Positions 10,288 to 20,165 are shown, counted from the stretch's first letter. The stretch is DNA of 46,895 nucleotides from Chloroflexota bacterium (GCA_040882375.1 JBBEBK010000008.1:1-46895); one strand, 5' to 3'. The notes: generated by a model not told the origin, from the sequence alone. A program made the numbers and translations.

Positions 10288-11577
10288 GTGGGACGCACCG
10301 ATCGCACTCGCCTCTCGGACCTGCGGAGGGCAGTCTCGGCTCTGTACCGCGACAATCGTCAGCAGGGATACGCCGCATGGCGCTTCACGGCGTACGACTT
10401 CGTCTGCCCACCGGTTGACACCTACCCGTACCAGTGGTTCTGGGACTCGTGCTTCCACGCGATCGTCCTCAGCCGCATCGACGTTGGCCGCGCCGAGGCC
10501 GAGATCGTGAGCCTGCTCGCCAATCAGCAGCCGGACGGGTTCGTGCCGCACATGACGTACTGGCAACGGGAGCGGCCGGTGGATCCAAACGCGCCGTACC
10601 AGGTCGCGGGACGATCCCGACGGATCTCGGACAGCATGCAGCCGCCAGTGCTCGCCGAGGCGGTCGCCGCAGTGGCCCGGCGCGGTCGCGGCGCCGCCTT
10701 CCTCCGCGAGGTGCTGCCTGCGGTGCATCGGTTCTATGACTGGTGCGATCGGGTGCGAGACCCCGACCGGGACGGTTTGATCGCCGCGCTGGAGCCGCAT
10801 GAGACCGGGATGGATCAGACGCCGGCATTCGACGCGTACATCGGCGTGTCGGGCAGCGACCCGGTGCACTTCGAGGTCGCCTGGCGGTCCATCGCGGTCG
10901 AGCACGCCCAGCTTGGCCACGATCCCGCGGCCATCTTCGCCCGCGACCGTTTCGTGGTGGAAGAGGTCGCGTCCAACGTGCTCTACGCGGAGAACCAGCG
11001 GGTCCTGGCAGGCTCGCTGGCGGAGTTGGACGATGCTGACGGTGCCGCGGAGCTGCGCGCCCGGGCCGAGCGCACCGAAGCCGCCCTGCTCGGTCGCTGC
11101 TGGGCGCCGGACCTCGCGGATTTCTGCAGCCTCGCCGGCCGGGACGAGTCGCCGCTTCCTGGATCTACCGTAGCTGGGCTGATGCCGATCCTGCTCCGGG
11201 TGCTGCCCGAGGCGATCGTCGAGCGGCTCGCGGGCCGCCTGGCTGACCCGGCGGACTTTGGCACGCGCTACCCGGTGCCGAGCGTATCGAGAGGACATCC
11301 GGCGTATCGCGCCGCGCCGCGTGGCACCGTGCTGTGGCGAGGTCAGTCCTGGATCAACATGAACTGGTACCTGGTCCGCGGCCTGCGGCGCCACGGTCGC
11401 GAGCAGCTTGCCCGCTCGATCGAGGACGCAAGCCTGGCGCTCGTCGAGCGCTCGGGCTTCCGCGAGCACTACAACCCGGAGACCGGTGTCGGGTATGGGG
11501 CGCGCGGGTTCGCCTGGTCGGCGCTGGTGCTCGAGATGCTGTCCGAGCGCGTTGACCCCGATGGATCGGCCGGCTAG
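10288..11577 (+). CDS. GH63-like (alpha/alpha)6-barrel glycoside hydrolase, glucosylglycerate/mannosylglycerate hydrolase-like
   Basis: 429 aa. [34 protein letters not shown] and [10 protein letters not shown] are motifs I associate with the small bacterial GH63/MGH1-like hydrolases. Substrate is not determinable from sequence. Confidence 0.6.
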   Translation: MGRTDRTRLSDLRRAVSALYRDNRQQGYAAWRFTAYDFVCPPVDTYPYQWFWDSCFHAIVLSRIDVGRAEAEIVSLLANQQPDGFVPHMTYWQRERPVDPNAPYQVAGRSRRISDSMQPPVLAEAVAAVARRGRGAAFLREVLPAVHRFYDWCDRVRDPDRDGLIAALEPHETGMDQTPAFDAYIGVSGSDPVHFEVAWRSIAVEHAQLGHDPAAIFARDRFVVEEVASNVLYAENQRVLAGSLAELDDADGAAELRARAERTEAALLGRCWAPDLADFCSLAGRDESPLPGSTVAGLMPILLRVLPEAIVERLAGRLADPADFGTRYPVPSVSRGHPAYRAAPRGTVLWRGQSWINMNWYLVRGLRRHGREQLARSIEDASLALVERSGFREHYNPETGVGYGARGFAWSALVLEMLSERVDPDGSAG

Positions 11578-12464
11578 CCTTTCACCGATCCGCCGACGAT
11601 GCCGCGCACGAAGAAACGCTGCAGGCTGAAGAAGACGACCAGGGGCAGCGCCATCGACAGGAAGGCGGCCGCGCCGAGCGCCTGCCAGCCACCGCCCAGC
11701 GAGTTGACGAGGTTGGCCAGGTTGACCGTCAGCGGCAGATTGTCGGGGTTCGCCGCCCCGATGTAGATCAGGGACACGAGCAGATCGTTCCAGACAAACA
11801 GGAACTGGAAGATCGCCAGGGCCGCGATCACCGGCACGCTCATCGGCAGCGCCAGGCGGAAGAAGCTGGTGACCGGGCTGGCGCCGTCGATGGCCGCCGA
11901 TTCGAACACCTCGCGCGGCAGACCCCCCATGTAGTTGCGGAGGAGGTAGATTGCGAACGGGAGGCCGTACCCGGTATGCGCCAGCCAGACCGCCAGGAAC
12001 TGGCCATTGATGCCGAGGCTGGCGAAGAGCCGCAGGATCGGGATCAGCGTCGTCTGCAAGGGAACCACCAGCAGCCCGACAACCACCACGAACAGGAGAT
12101 TGCGGCCCCGGAACTCCATCCAGCTGAAGGCATAGGCCGCGAATGCAGCGACCAGGATGGGGATGACCGTGGCCGGGATGGTGATGAACAGGCTGTTGAT
12201 GAAGGCATCGGCGATCCCGTTCCGCGCCAGCACGTGGGCGTAGTTCTCGAGGGTGAGGTCGTAGGGCGGGGTAAGCCCCTCCCACCAGCCGCTGGCCGAC
12301 ACGGCCGCCGGCTGCCGGAACGAGTTGACCAGCAGCCCCACGGTCGGCAGGAGCCACACGATCATCAGGATGGCCAGGACCGCATGGACACCCACGCGCC
12401 CGCGCGCTCGCGCGAACCAGCCGGGACGTGCACCGCGCGGCCGGGTGGACGCCGCGGTCGTCAT
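11574..12464 (-). CDS. carbohydrate ABC transporter permease (MalG-like)
   Basis: Six predicted TM segments. The EAA-loop region is ESAAIDGASPVTSFFRLALPMSVP. A 4-nt ATGA overlap links it to the upstream permease. Confidence 0.9.
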   Translation of the reverse strand: MTTAASTRPRGARPGWFARARGRVGVHAVLAILMIVWLLPTVGLLVNSFRQPAAVSASGWWEGLTPPYDLTLENYAHVLARNGIADAFINSLFITIPATVIPILVAAFAAYAFSWMEFRGRNLLFVVVVGLLVVPLQTTLIPILRLFASLGINGQFLAVWLAHTGYGLPFAIYLLRNYMGGLPREVFESAAIDGASPVTSFFRLALPMSVPVIAALAIFQFLFVWNDLLVSLIYIGAANPDNLPLTVNLANLVNSLGGGWQALGAAAFLSMALPLVVFFSLQRFFVRGIVGGSVKG

Positions 12465-13438
12465 CGAACGGCCTCCTGCGATCGGAACTGCCGGATGTTG
12501 AAGAGCATGATCGGCACGATCGCCAGCAGCAGCACGACCGCGATGGCGCTGGCGCGCCCGAAGTCGCCGAAGCTGAACATCTGCTTGATCATGAGGTTGG
12601 CGATGACATCGGTCTCAAGGTTGCCGCTGGTCATGGTGTAGACCACGTCGAACGCCTTGAGGGCGGTGATGACGATGGTGGTCGACACGACCGCCAGGGT
12701 GGGCACCAGCAGCGGGAAGATGATCCCGCGGAAGACCTGCCACTCGTTCGCACCGTCCATCCTCGCCGCCTCAAGCAGCTCGGGGTTGATGGCCTTCAGC
12801 GCGGCCGAGATGATCACCATCGCGAACCCCGTCCACATCCAGGTCATCACCGCGATGAGCGCGAACGTGTTCATGCTGAAGTCCTGCGCCTGGAGGAACG
12901 CCACCGGCCCGCTGCCCACTGCGCCCAGTGCGGCGTTGAGCGTTCCGATCTGGACCTCACCCGGCGGCCGGTACTCGTACATGAACTTCCAGATCACCCC
13001 GGCGGCCACCATGCTGACCGCCAGCGGGACGAAGATCACGCTCTTGGCGACCGACTCGTACCGGACCCGATCCACCAGCACCGAGATGAGCAGTCCGATT
13101 CCCACCGTGAACACCGTCAGGAAGACGACCCACAGGACGTTGTTCTTCAGCGCGGAGAGGGCGTTGTCGTTGGAGAAGAACCAGGCGTAGTTGGCGAGCC
13201 CCACGAATTCCGTGCCGGCCTTGTCCTGCAGGCTGCGCAGGATGGTGCCGATGGTCGGATAGACCAGGAATACGCCCAGGAAGCCGAGGGCCGGCAGCAG
13301 CCAGAGCCACGGCCGAATCCGCGGCTGCATGCGCCCGCCGAACAGACGGAGCACCTGCTCGGTGCCCCAGATGTAGCCGACCAGGACGCCCGGGACACCC
13401 ACCACGACCACGATCGCGGTGATCAGCCGGTCATCCAT
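12461..13438 (-). CDS. carbohydrate ABC transporter permease (MalF-like)
   Basis: Multi-TM protein with EAA loop EAARMDGANEWQVFRGIIFPLLVP. Lies downstream of the binding-protein gene. Confidence 0.9.
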   Translation of the reverse strand: MDDRLITAIVVVVGVPGVLVGYIWGTEQVLRLFGGRMQPRIRPWLWLLPALGFLGVFLVYPTIGTILRSLQDKAGTEFVGLANYAWFFSNDNALSALKNNVLWVVFLTVFTVGIGLLISVLVDRVRYESVAKSVIFVPLAVSMVAAGVIWKFMYEYRPPGEVQIGTLNAALGAVGSGPVAFLQAQDFSMNTFALIAVMTWMWTGFAMVIISAALKAINPELLEAARMDGANEWQVFRGIIFPLLVPTLAVVSTTIVITALKAFDVVYTMTSGNLETDVIANLMIKQMFSFGDFGRASAIAVVLLLAIVPIMLFNIRQFRSQEAVR

Positions 13439-13481
13439 TGGCTACCTCCCTCCGTGGCCGCTGGGTACGGGTGGGTGGAAT

Positions 13482-13513
13482 GGCCTGGGGGCGGCGGGTG
13501 CCCCCCCCAGGCC
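13482..13513 (-). promoter_or_regulatory. intercistronic GC hairpin between the binding-protein and permease genes
   Basis: GGCCTGGGGG (13482-13491) is the exact reverse complement of CCCCCAGGCC (13504-13513), with a 12-nt loop. It sits in the 96-nt gap between the SBP stop (13535) and the permease start (13438). Confidence 0.5.
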
Positions 13514-13534
13514 CGTGATCAGGGCCGGTCGGGC

Positions 13535-14863
13535 CTACGAGCCGTAGGCGTCCGCCGCGACCGCATCGAGATCGGACAGGGCCTTGTCGATCGTGATCGA
13601 GCCGTTGGTGAGACTGACCATGGTCGACCAGAACGCCTCGTTCATGGCGGCCGGCATCTGGTCGGACGCGTCGAACACGAGCATCTCAGCGTTGGCCACC
13701 ATGGAACCCATGGTGCTGCTGATGTCGTCCGGATAGTCCGATGCGTTCTTGTTTGCCGAGAGTGCGCCACCGATCCGAACCCAGATGTTCTGTGCGTCGG
13801 CGGTGACGAGGTACCGCATCAGAGACTTGGCGGCGGGGGTGTCATGGAACATGCCGAACAGGTCACCGGCTCCCTCGACCGCGTTCGCGTATGCGGCGTT
13901 AATCGACGGGAACGGGAACGCGTTGTAGTCGGTGCCGGCGGTCCGGTTCGGGAAGTCGCCGAGCCCGGTGATGAAGCTCGCCTGGTGGAAGAACTCACAT
14001 CCCTGCGGGCTGGTGAAGAGTGGGTCGCCCGCCGTCAGGAAGCTCGTCGCGACGGCATTCGTGCCGCCACCGAAGCTCTTGCCGACGACATCGTTCATGT
14101 AGACCTCGAAGGCTCCCCGGATCTCGGGCGAGTCCCAGGCGAGATCTCCGGCCCACCACTGGTTGTAGACGTCAGGCCCAGCCTGGTGCAGCACGATCTG
14201 CTCGATCCAGTCGGTGGCCGGCCAACCCGATGCGGCGCCGGACTCGATGCCGAGGCACCACAGCGCCTGCGCGCTGCCCTGGTTTGCGGCTCCCTGCGTC
14301 AGCAGGTCATCCCACGTGGCGGGAGCGTTGTCGGTGTAGTCGTACAGCCCTGGGTTGAACCAGATCAGCCCCTTGACCGACGCCTTGATGAAGACGCCGA
14401 AGGTCGAGCCATCGGCCTGTCCGAGGCTCACGAGCCCGGATGCGGTCTCGCTCTCGTACGTGGCGATGTCCAGGACGTCGTCAAGCGGCTTGAGGGCGCC
14501 CGCTGCCGCGTATTCGGCCATCTGACCAGGGCCGGGCAGGCCTGCCAGGTCGGGCAGCACGCCCGACGCCACGCCGGTGGTCAGGATGGTGTTGATATCC
14601 CGCGTGCCGGTGTACTTCACCGTCGCGCCGGTGGCATCCTCCCAGGGCTTGACCATGGCCAGGAAGGCCTCTTCCTCGGCGTCTCCCCAGGTTCCGATGA
14701 CCGTTACGGACTGGCCGGTCAGGTCATCCTCTCCGGTGCTCGGGCCGGCACTTGCGGACGGGCCACTGCTGGTGCCAGGTGAAGCGCTGGGTGAGGCAGA
14801 TGTGCAGGCAGCCAGGACCAGGCCCAGTGCCATCAGGGGTGCAAGGTAGCGTGCGCGTGTCAT
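13535..14863 (-). CDS. extracellular sugar-binding lipoprotein of the ABC transporter
   Basis: The track ORF runs to 15499, but the real start is ATG 14863, preceded by GAGGAGGA. MTRARYLAPLMALGLVLAAC is a lipoprotein signal with a lipobox, followed by an S/P/G linker and a family-1 solute-binding fold. Confidence 0.85.
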   Translation of the reverse strand: MTRARYLAPLMALGLVLAACTSASPSASPGTSSGPSASAGPSTGEDDLTGQSVTVIGTWGDAEEEAFLAMVKPWEDATGATVKYTGTRDINTILTTGVASGVLPDLAGLPGPGQMAEYAAAGALKPLDDVLDIATYESETASGLVSLGQADGSTFGVFIKASVKGLIWFNPGLYDYTDNAPATWDDLLTQGAANQGSAQALWCLGIESGAASGWPATDWIEQIVLHQAGPDVYNQWWAGDLAWDSPEIRGAFEVYMNDVVGKSFGGGTNAVATSFLTAGDPLFTSPQGCEFFHQASFITGLGDFPNRTAGTDYNAFPFPSINAAYANAVEGAGDLFGMFHDTPAAKSLMRYLVTADAQNIWVRIGGALSANKNASDYPDDISSTMGSMVANAEMLVFDASDQMPAAMNEAFWSTMVSLTNGSITIDKALSDLDAVAADAYGS

Positions 14864-14915
14864 GAGTCTTTGTCCTCCTCGGGCGCGGCGGCTTGTGCCG
14901 TCGTCGTGGAACGTC

Positions 14916-15140
14916 TCAGTCGGTGAGTGCCGCCTCCGTACGCGAGTCGATAAGATCGATTCCGCCCACCAGAACCGCCAGCTCGACCCGTTGCCAGGTG
15001 GTATCCGGGGCGCCCGATCGCAGGCGCGCACGCTCGTCGCGGGCATCCTGTCGGGCAGGCATTGGCGCTCTCGGGCCGCGCGCTCGCGCCACGCTGACGG
15101 GGTAGCGCTGGGAGGCACGGGCAAGGGCGTCGTTGGCCAT
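14916..15140 (-). CDS. hypothetical small protein (74 aa), speculative
   Basis: The ATG is preceded by GAGAGAGGAAG. Third-position G+C is coding-like and the gene is co-oriented with the ABC operon. I recognise no domain. Confidence 0.3.
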   Translation of the reverse strand: MANDALARASQRYPVSVARARGPRAPMPARQDARDERARLRSGAPDTTWQRVELAVLVGGIDLIDSRTEAALTD

Positions 15141-15458
15141 GCAGCATCTTCCTCTCTCTGCGAGATGTTCGGGGCGGCGACGCGGCCGCCGTTCATGGCC
15201 CGCTCATGGTAGCCCACGAGTCGCGAACCTGCACCGCGTTGCGCAGCGCTGACGTTGACTGGCGGCTGCCCCAGGTCACCCAGCGCCACGCGCACGTCGT
15301 GGCTACAACGGCCAACTTCGGTTCGCATGATCGCGGTGGCAGGCACGCGGTGACCGTTCGGCCACGGGAGGGGCCCGGGCAGGGCACAGCGCGGGCCCGC
15401 CTGGCCGTTATGCGCACGTGGTGACCACGAGTGCGTCAGAGCCGTGGGCAGCGCGGTC

Positions 15459-16523
15459 CTACTCCGCGAGGCCCCACAGGTCCCCGACGGTGAAGCCATC
15501 GGGGAACGGGTCGTCGGGGTCCACGCTGAACTCGGTCCGCCCGGTGATCCAGGCGCTGCCGGTCAGCTGCGGCACAACCGCCCGGTACGGCCCCGCGGTC
15601 GTCTCGCGCAGGAGCCGACCGGTCCAGGCGGTGCCCATGATCCCCTCGTGGACATAGTCCTGGCCGATCCCCAGCTTGCCGCGGGCGTGCAGCACGGCCA
15701 TCCGGGCGCACGTGCCGGTGCCGCATGGGGATCGGTCCAGCACGCCGGTGAACGATTCGGGGCGTGACCAGTCGAGGGTGCCCGACGAAACCACAACGGT
15801 GTTCTTGCCGTGCGCGCCGGGCAGGGTGGGCGGCGCGGTCAGCTCGATGATGCTGATGCCGGCGATCTCCGGGTGATCGGGGTGCGCCACCGGGATCTGC
15901 TCCCGCGCCGCGGCCTTGACCATCTCTCCCAGCCGCACGATGTCGCGTCCCTCGTCGGGCGTGAGGCGCAGGCCAAGGGCGGATGCCTCGACGATGGCGT
16001 AGAACATCCCACCCCACGCGACGTCCACCTTCACCCGACCGATCCCCGGCACCTCGACCGGCGCGTTCAGCTCGATCGCGAAGGCGGGCACGTTCTCGAA
16101 GGTGATGGAGGTGGCCTTGCCATCGCGTACCTCCGCACGTATCCGGATCAGCCCGGCGGGCGCCTCCAGCGTCAGCTGGGTGATCGGCTCGGTGACCGGG
16201 ACCAGCCCCTCCGCGATGAGCACGGTCGCGGTGCAGATCGCGTTGGAGCCGCTCATGGCCGGGTATTCGGCCTGCTCCATGATCACGAAGCCCGCATCGG
16301 CCTTCGGGTCGGTCGGAGGCAGGATCACGTTGGCGCAGAGCGCCGGGTAGCCGCGTGGCTCGCGCAACATCAGGTGGCGAAGCCGATCCCCATGCTCGGC
16401 CAGGTGGTTGCGCTTCTCGAGCATGGTCGCGCCCGGCACGTCGTGGACGCCGCTGATGATCACCCGCCCGGGCTCACCACCGGCGTGGGCATCGACCGCG
16501 GTGATGACCGGATCCAACCTCAT
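15459..16523 (-). CDS. proline racemase superfamily enzyme (hydroxyproline epimerase/dehydratase-like)
   Basis: Start at ATG 16523 (MRLDPVITAVDAHAGGEPGRVI). DRSPCGTGTCARMA is the second catalytic motif. The first catalytic position reads PAMSGSNAIC, with Ser where the canonical motif has Cys. Confidence 0.85.
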   Translation of the reverse strand: MRLDPVITAVDAHAGGEPGRVIISGVHDVPGATMLEKRNHLAEHGDRLRHLMLREPRGYPALCANVILPPTDPKADAGFVIMEQAEYPAMSGSNAICTATVLIAEGLVPVTEPITQLTLEAPAGLIRIRAEVRDGKATSITFENVPAFAIELNAPVEVPGIGRVKVDVAWGGMFYAIVEASALGLRLTPDEGRDIVRLGEMVKAAAREQIPVAHPDHPEIAGISIIELTAPPTLPGAHGKNTVVVSSGTLDWSRPESFTGVLDRSPCGTGTCARMAVLHARGKLGIGQDYVHEGIMGTAWTGRLLRETTAGPYRAVVPQLTGSAWITGRTEFSVDPDDPFPDGFTVGDLWGLAE

Positions 16524-16559
16524 GCCGGGAGTGTGGCACGACTGCGCTAGCATCGGTTC

Positions 16560-17579
16560 GTGTCCGAGCTGAGCGACCTGCTGGATGCTGCGGAGGCGCT
16601 CGCCGCGCGTGGCGAACCGATGGCGCTGGCCACCATCGTCACGACCCGGGGCTCGACCTACCGGCGCGCCGGAGCACGCCTCCTGATCCCGGCCAATGGC
16701 GAGCCGATTGGCAACATCAGCGGCGGCTGTTTGGAGGGGGACGTGGCACGTCTCGGTCGCGAGGTGATCGTTTCCGGTGTGCCGCGCCTGGTCGAGTTCG
16801 ACCTGACCGCCGATGACGACGCGGTGTGGGGCTACGGCCTGGGCTGCAACGGGGCGATGGAGCTGTTGGTCGAGCCCACGCCCGGGGCGCTCGAGACCGT
16901 CGCGGCACTTCGCACAGGCTCGGGTCGGTGTTTGGTGACGCCGCTCACTGGGCCGGGTGCGGGCTCTCATCGCTTCGAGACCGATGGCGCCGCTGCCGCG
17001 GCGCTGCGCGACGGTTCACCGCGCGTGGAGGAGGTCGCGGGCCAGCGGGTCTTCTTCGAGCCGATGCTTCCGCCGTTTCGCCTGGTCGTCTGCGGAGCCG
17101 GTCACGACGCCATCCCGCTCGTACGCCAGGCAGCTGATCTCGGGTGGCGCGTGCTGGTGGCCGATGTCCGACGCGCGCTGCTGAACGGCGAACGATTCCC
17201 TGGGGCAGCGGCGTTCAGTGCGGCCGATCCGGCGCAGGCGGCCGCCGAGCTGACGCCCGACGCGCGTACCGCGGTGGTGTTGATGAGCCACAACTACCTG
17301 CGCGACATCGCCTACCTGGGCGCGCTGCTGGATTCGCCGCTCGCCTACCTGGGCGTACTCGGCCCGCGGGGACGCACCGAGCAGATGCTGGGGGAGATGG
17401 GGAGGTCGGAGGCCATCGCGCGGCTCCACGCCCCGGCCGGCCTGGATATCGGCGCCGAGGGGCCAGAAGAGGTGGCGCATGCCATCGTGGCGGAGATCCT
17501 GGCGGTCACTCGCGGGCGCGAAGGCGGGCCGCTCCGCGACCGAGGCGCCCCCATCCACGGCGGGGAAGCGCCGGCCTAG
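16560..17579 (+). CDS. xdhC: XdhC/CoxI-family molybdoenzyme maturation protein
   Basis: N-terminal LATIVTTRGSTYRRAGARLLI...NISGGCLEGDV (XdhC_CoxI) plus the Rossmann-like C-domain LVVCGAGHDAIPL. GTG start at 16560, 6 nt after a TAGCAT -10-like hexamer. Confidence 0.85.
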   Translation: MSELSDLLDAAEALAARGEPMALATIVTTRGSTYRRAGARLLIPANGEPIGNISGGCLEGDVARLGREVIVSGVPRLVEFDLTADDDAVWGYGLGCNGAMELLVEPTPGALETVAALRTGSGRCLVTPLTGPGAGSHRFETDGAAAAALRDGSPRVEEVAGQRVFFEPMLPPFRLVVCGAGHDAIPLVRQAADLGWRVLVADVRRALLNGERFPGAAAFSAADPAQAAAELTPDARTAVVLMSHNYLRDIAYLGALLDSPLAYLGVLGPRGRTEQMLGEMGRSEAIARLHAPAGLDIGAEGPEEVAHAIVAEILAVTRGREGGPLRDRGAPIHGGEAPA

Positions 17580-17681
17580 GCGACCTGAACCGCGACCGCC
17601 TCTTCGAGGCGCTGCAGGAAGGCGGGCCTCCGACCGGTATGGGTGCTCAACACCTCACACCGTGCCGCGGGGTCACTACAC

Positions 17682-18719
17682 CTAGCCGCCGATGTAGCTC
17701 ATCTCCACCTTGGCCAGGCCGGTCGTCTCGGCCGAGCGGATCTCGCTGTACCGATCGGTCCGCGCCCCCCAGATGCCGCGCAGGTGTGCCGCGAGATCGG
17801 AGTCCGAGGCGTCGCCACGCACGAGCGCGCGCAGGTCGTGGCCGGCGGTGGCGAAGAGGCAGGTGTAGAGCTGCCCGTCGGCCGACAGCCGGGCTCGCGA
17901 GCAGGCACCGCAGAACGGCCGGCTGACCGATGCGATCACGCCGATCTCGCCCGTGCCATCGGTGTAGCGGTAGCGCTCCGCCACCTCGCCGGGATGCGTG
18001 GGCGGCATCGGCTCCAGCGGGAACTCGGCCCCCACCCGGGCGAGGATCTCGGCCGCCGTCACCACCTCGTCGAGTCGCCAGCCGTTGGAGTGGCCGACGT
18101 CCATGTACTCGATGAAGCGCAGCACGCGCCCGGTCCCGCGGAAGCGGCGCGCCATGGGCAGCACGGCGTGCTCGTTCCAGCCGCGCTTCACCACCATGTT
18201 GACCTTGATCGGTCCCAGGCCGGCCGCCTCGGCGGCGTCGATCCCGGCCAGCACCCGCGCCACCGGCACGCCGGCGTCGTTCAGGCGCATGAAGGTGTCA
18301 TCGTCATCGGCATCCAGGCTGACCGTCACCCGCCGCAGGCCCGCGTCGGCCAGGGACTGCGCCTGATCGGCCAGCAGGACGCCGTTGGTGGTGAGCGTCA
18401 GGTCGCGGACACCGGGGACGCCGGCCAGCCGTGCCACCAGCTCCGGCAGGTCGCGACGCACCAGCGGCTCGCCGCCGGTCAGCCGCACCTTCTCGACTCC
18501 CAGCCGCGCGAAGATGCGCACCAGCCGCGTGATCTCCTCGAAGCTGAGCAGCTCGGCGCGCGGCAGGAAGGCGTGGTCACGCCCAAAGAACTCGCGCGGC
18601 ATGCAGTACACGCAGCGGAAGTTGCAGCGGTCGGTGACGCTGATCCGCAGGTCGTGCAGCGGCCGACCGAGGGTATCGCGGGGGAGGAGCGGGAGCTCGG
18701 CGGTGGGTATCGGCGGCAT
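17682..18719 (-). CDS. moaA: GTP 3',8-cyclase MoaA (radical SAM, molybdopterin biosynthesis)
   Basis: [19 protein letters not shown] is a CxxxCxxC radical-SAM cluster. The C-terminal [23 protein letters not shown] is the second cluster motif. Confidence 0.92.
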   Translation of the reverse strand: MPPIPTAELPLLPRDTLGRPLHDLRISVTDRCNFRCVYCMPREFFGRDHAFLPRAELLSFEEITRLVRIFARLGVEKVRLTGGEPLVRRDLPELVARLAGVPGVRDLTLTTNGVLLADQAQSLADAGLRRVTVSLDADDDDTFMRLNDAGVPVARVLAGIDAAEAAGLGPIKVNMVVKRGWNEHAVLPMARRFRGTGRVLRFIEYMDVGHSNGWRLDEVVTAAEILARVGAEFPLEPMPPTHPGEVAERYRYTDGTGEIGVIASVSRPFCGACSRARLSADGQLYTCLFATAGHDLRALVRGDASDSDLAAHLRGIWGARTDRYSEIRSAETTGLAKVEMSYIGG

Positions 18720-18779
18720 CAGGCGCAGATGCTGACAGGCGGCGTGCCGATTGCCAACTCGCGTGGCAGCATGTGACCG

Positions 18780-20165
18780 ATGACGCCGGATTCATCGGCC
18801 CTGCTTGCCAGCCTGCGGAGCGCCGTCGGCCCGGACCACGTCCTGACCGATGCCGATCTGCGCGCGTCGTACGAGACCGACTGGTCGCGCCGCTGGCACG
18901 GCGAAGCACTCGCGGTCGTTCGACCGGCATCGGCCGTTGAGGTGGCCGCGGTGGTGCGCACCTGTGCGGCAGCGGGCGTTGCGATCATCCCGCAGGGGGG
19001 CAATACCGGCCTCGTCGGCGGCTCGGTCCCGCGGACAAGCGCCACGCGGCCCCAGGTCGTGGTCTCGACATTGCGCCTCCGCGACCTTGAGCCGGTCGAT
19101 CTGCTCGCCGGCGAGGTGACCGCCGGCGCGGGCGCCACGCTGGGCGCGCTCCAGGCCCACGTTCGCCCGGCTGGATTCGGCTTCGGGGTGGACCTCGGTG
19201 CGCGCGACTCGGCCACCATCGGTGGGATGGTTGCCACCAACGCGGGCGGGATCCATGTCTTGCGCCACGGACCGATGCGGATGCAGCTGGTCGGGATCGA
19301 GGTGGTGCTCGCCGACGGCAGCATCGTGCGGCGGCTGCCCGGCATGCTGAAGGACAACACCGGCTACCACCTGCCCTCGCTCCTCGCCGGCAGCGAGGGG
19401 ACCCTGGCGATCATCACGCGGGTCCGCCTGCGGCTGGTCCCGCTCCTCCCGCGGCGTGCGGTCGCGCTGTTGGCCCTGGACGGCGCGGCGGCCGCGGTGA
19501 CGTTGGCCGGGGCCCTGCGCAGCAGCCTGCCCCCGCTCGCCGCCGCCGAGCTCTTCTTCGACGAGGGGCTGGCGCTGGTGCTGCGCCGCGGGAGTGGGGA
19601 GCGGCCGTTCCGGGAGGAATATCCCGCCTACCTGCTCCTGGAGGTCGAGAGCCGCGCTGATCCGACCGACGACCTGGCGGCTGCCATTGCCGCCGCGGGT
19701 GAGGTCGTGCGCGACGCGGTGCTGGCATCGGACGGGCCGGGTCGCGAGCGGCTCTGGCACCTGCGCGAGGGTCACACCGAGGCGATCAACGCGGAGGGCA
19801 TCCCGCACAAGCTCGATATCGCGCTACCACTTGGACGCCTCGCTGAATTCGTGGACCGAGTCCGCGCAGCCGTCGAAGAGGCGGCTCCAGGTGCCGCGTG
19901 TTACCTGTACGGGCATGTCTGCGATGGGAATCTGCACATCGGTGTCATCGGTCCGCCGGCGGAGGACGAGCGCGTCGATGCCGCCATCCTGCGGCTCACG
20001 ATCGAGATGGGCGGCACCATCAGCGCCGAGCACGGGGTCGGTGTCGCCAAGGTGGACTGGCTGGAGGCCGATCGCGGGGCCGCCGACGTCGCCGCGATGC
20101 GCGCCGTCAAGCGCGCCCTGGATCCCGCGGGGATCCTCAATCCGGGTGTCATCTTCCGCGACTGA
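18780..20165 (+). CDS. FAD-linked oxidase (GlcD / D-2-hydroxyacid dehydrogenase-like)
   Basis: FAD_binding_4-type [14 protein letters not shown] and MVATNAGG. The C-terminal [14 protein letters not shown]...[11 protein letters not shown] is typical of the family. Confidence 0.85.
   Translation: MTPDSSALLASLRSAVGPDHVLTDADLRASYETDWSRRWHGEALAVVRPASAVEVAAVVRTCAAAGVAIIPQGGNTGLVGGSVPRTSATRPQVVVSTLRLRDLEPVDLLAGEVTAGAGATLGALQAHVRPAGFGFGVDLGARDSATIGGMVATNAGGIHVLRHGPMRMQLVGIEVVLADGSIVRRLPGMLKDNTGYHLPSLLAGSEGTLAIITRVRLRLVPLLPRRAVALLALDGAAAAVTLAGALRSSLPPLAAAELFFDEGLALVLRRGSGERPFREEYPAYLLLEVESRADPTDDLAAAIAAAGEVVRDAVLASDGPGRERLWHLREGHTEAINAEGIPHKLDIALPLGRLAEFVDRVRAAVEEAAPGAACYLYGHVCDGNLHIGVIGPPAEDERVDAAILRLTIEMGGTISAEHGVGVAKVDWLEADRGAADVAAMRAVKRALDPAGILNPGVIFRD

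Noticed and set aside
18720-18779. Molybdenum-cofactor riboswitch upstream of moaA
   Set aside because: The divergent intergenic region is only 60 nt. That is too short for the Moco RNA motif plus two promoters.
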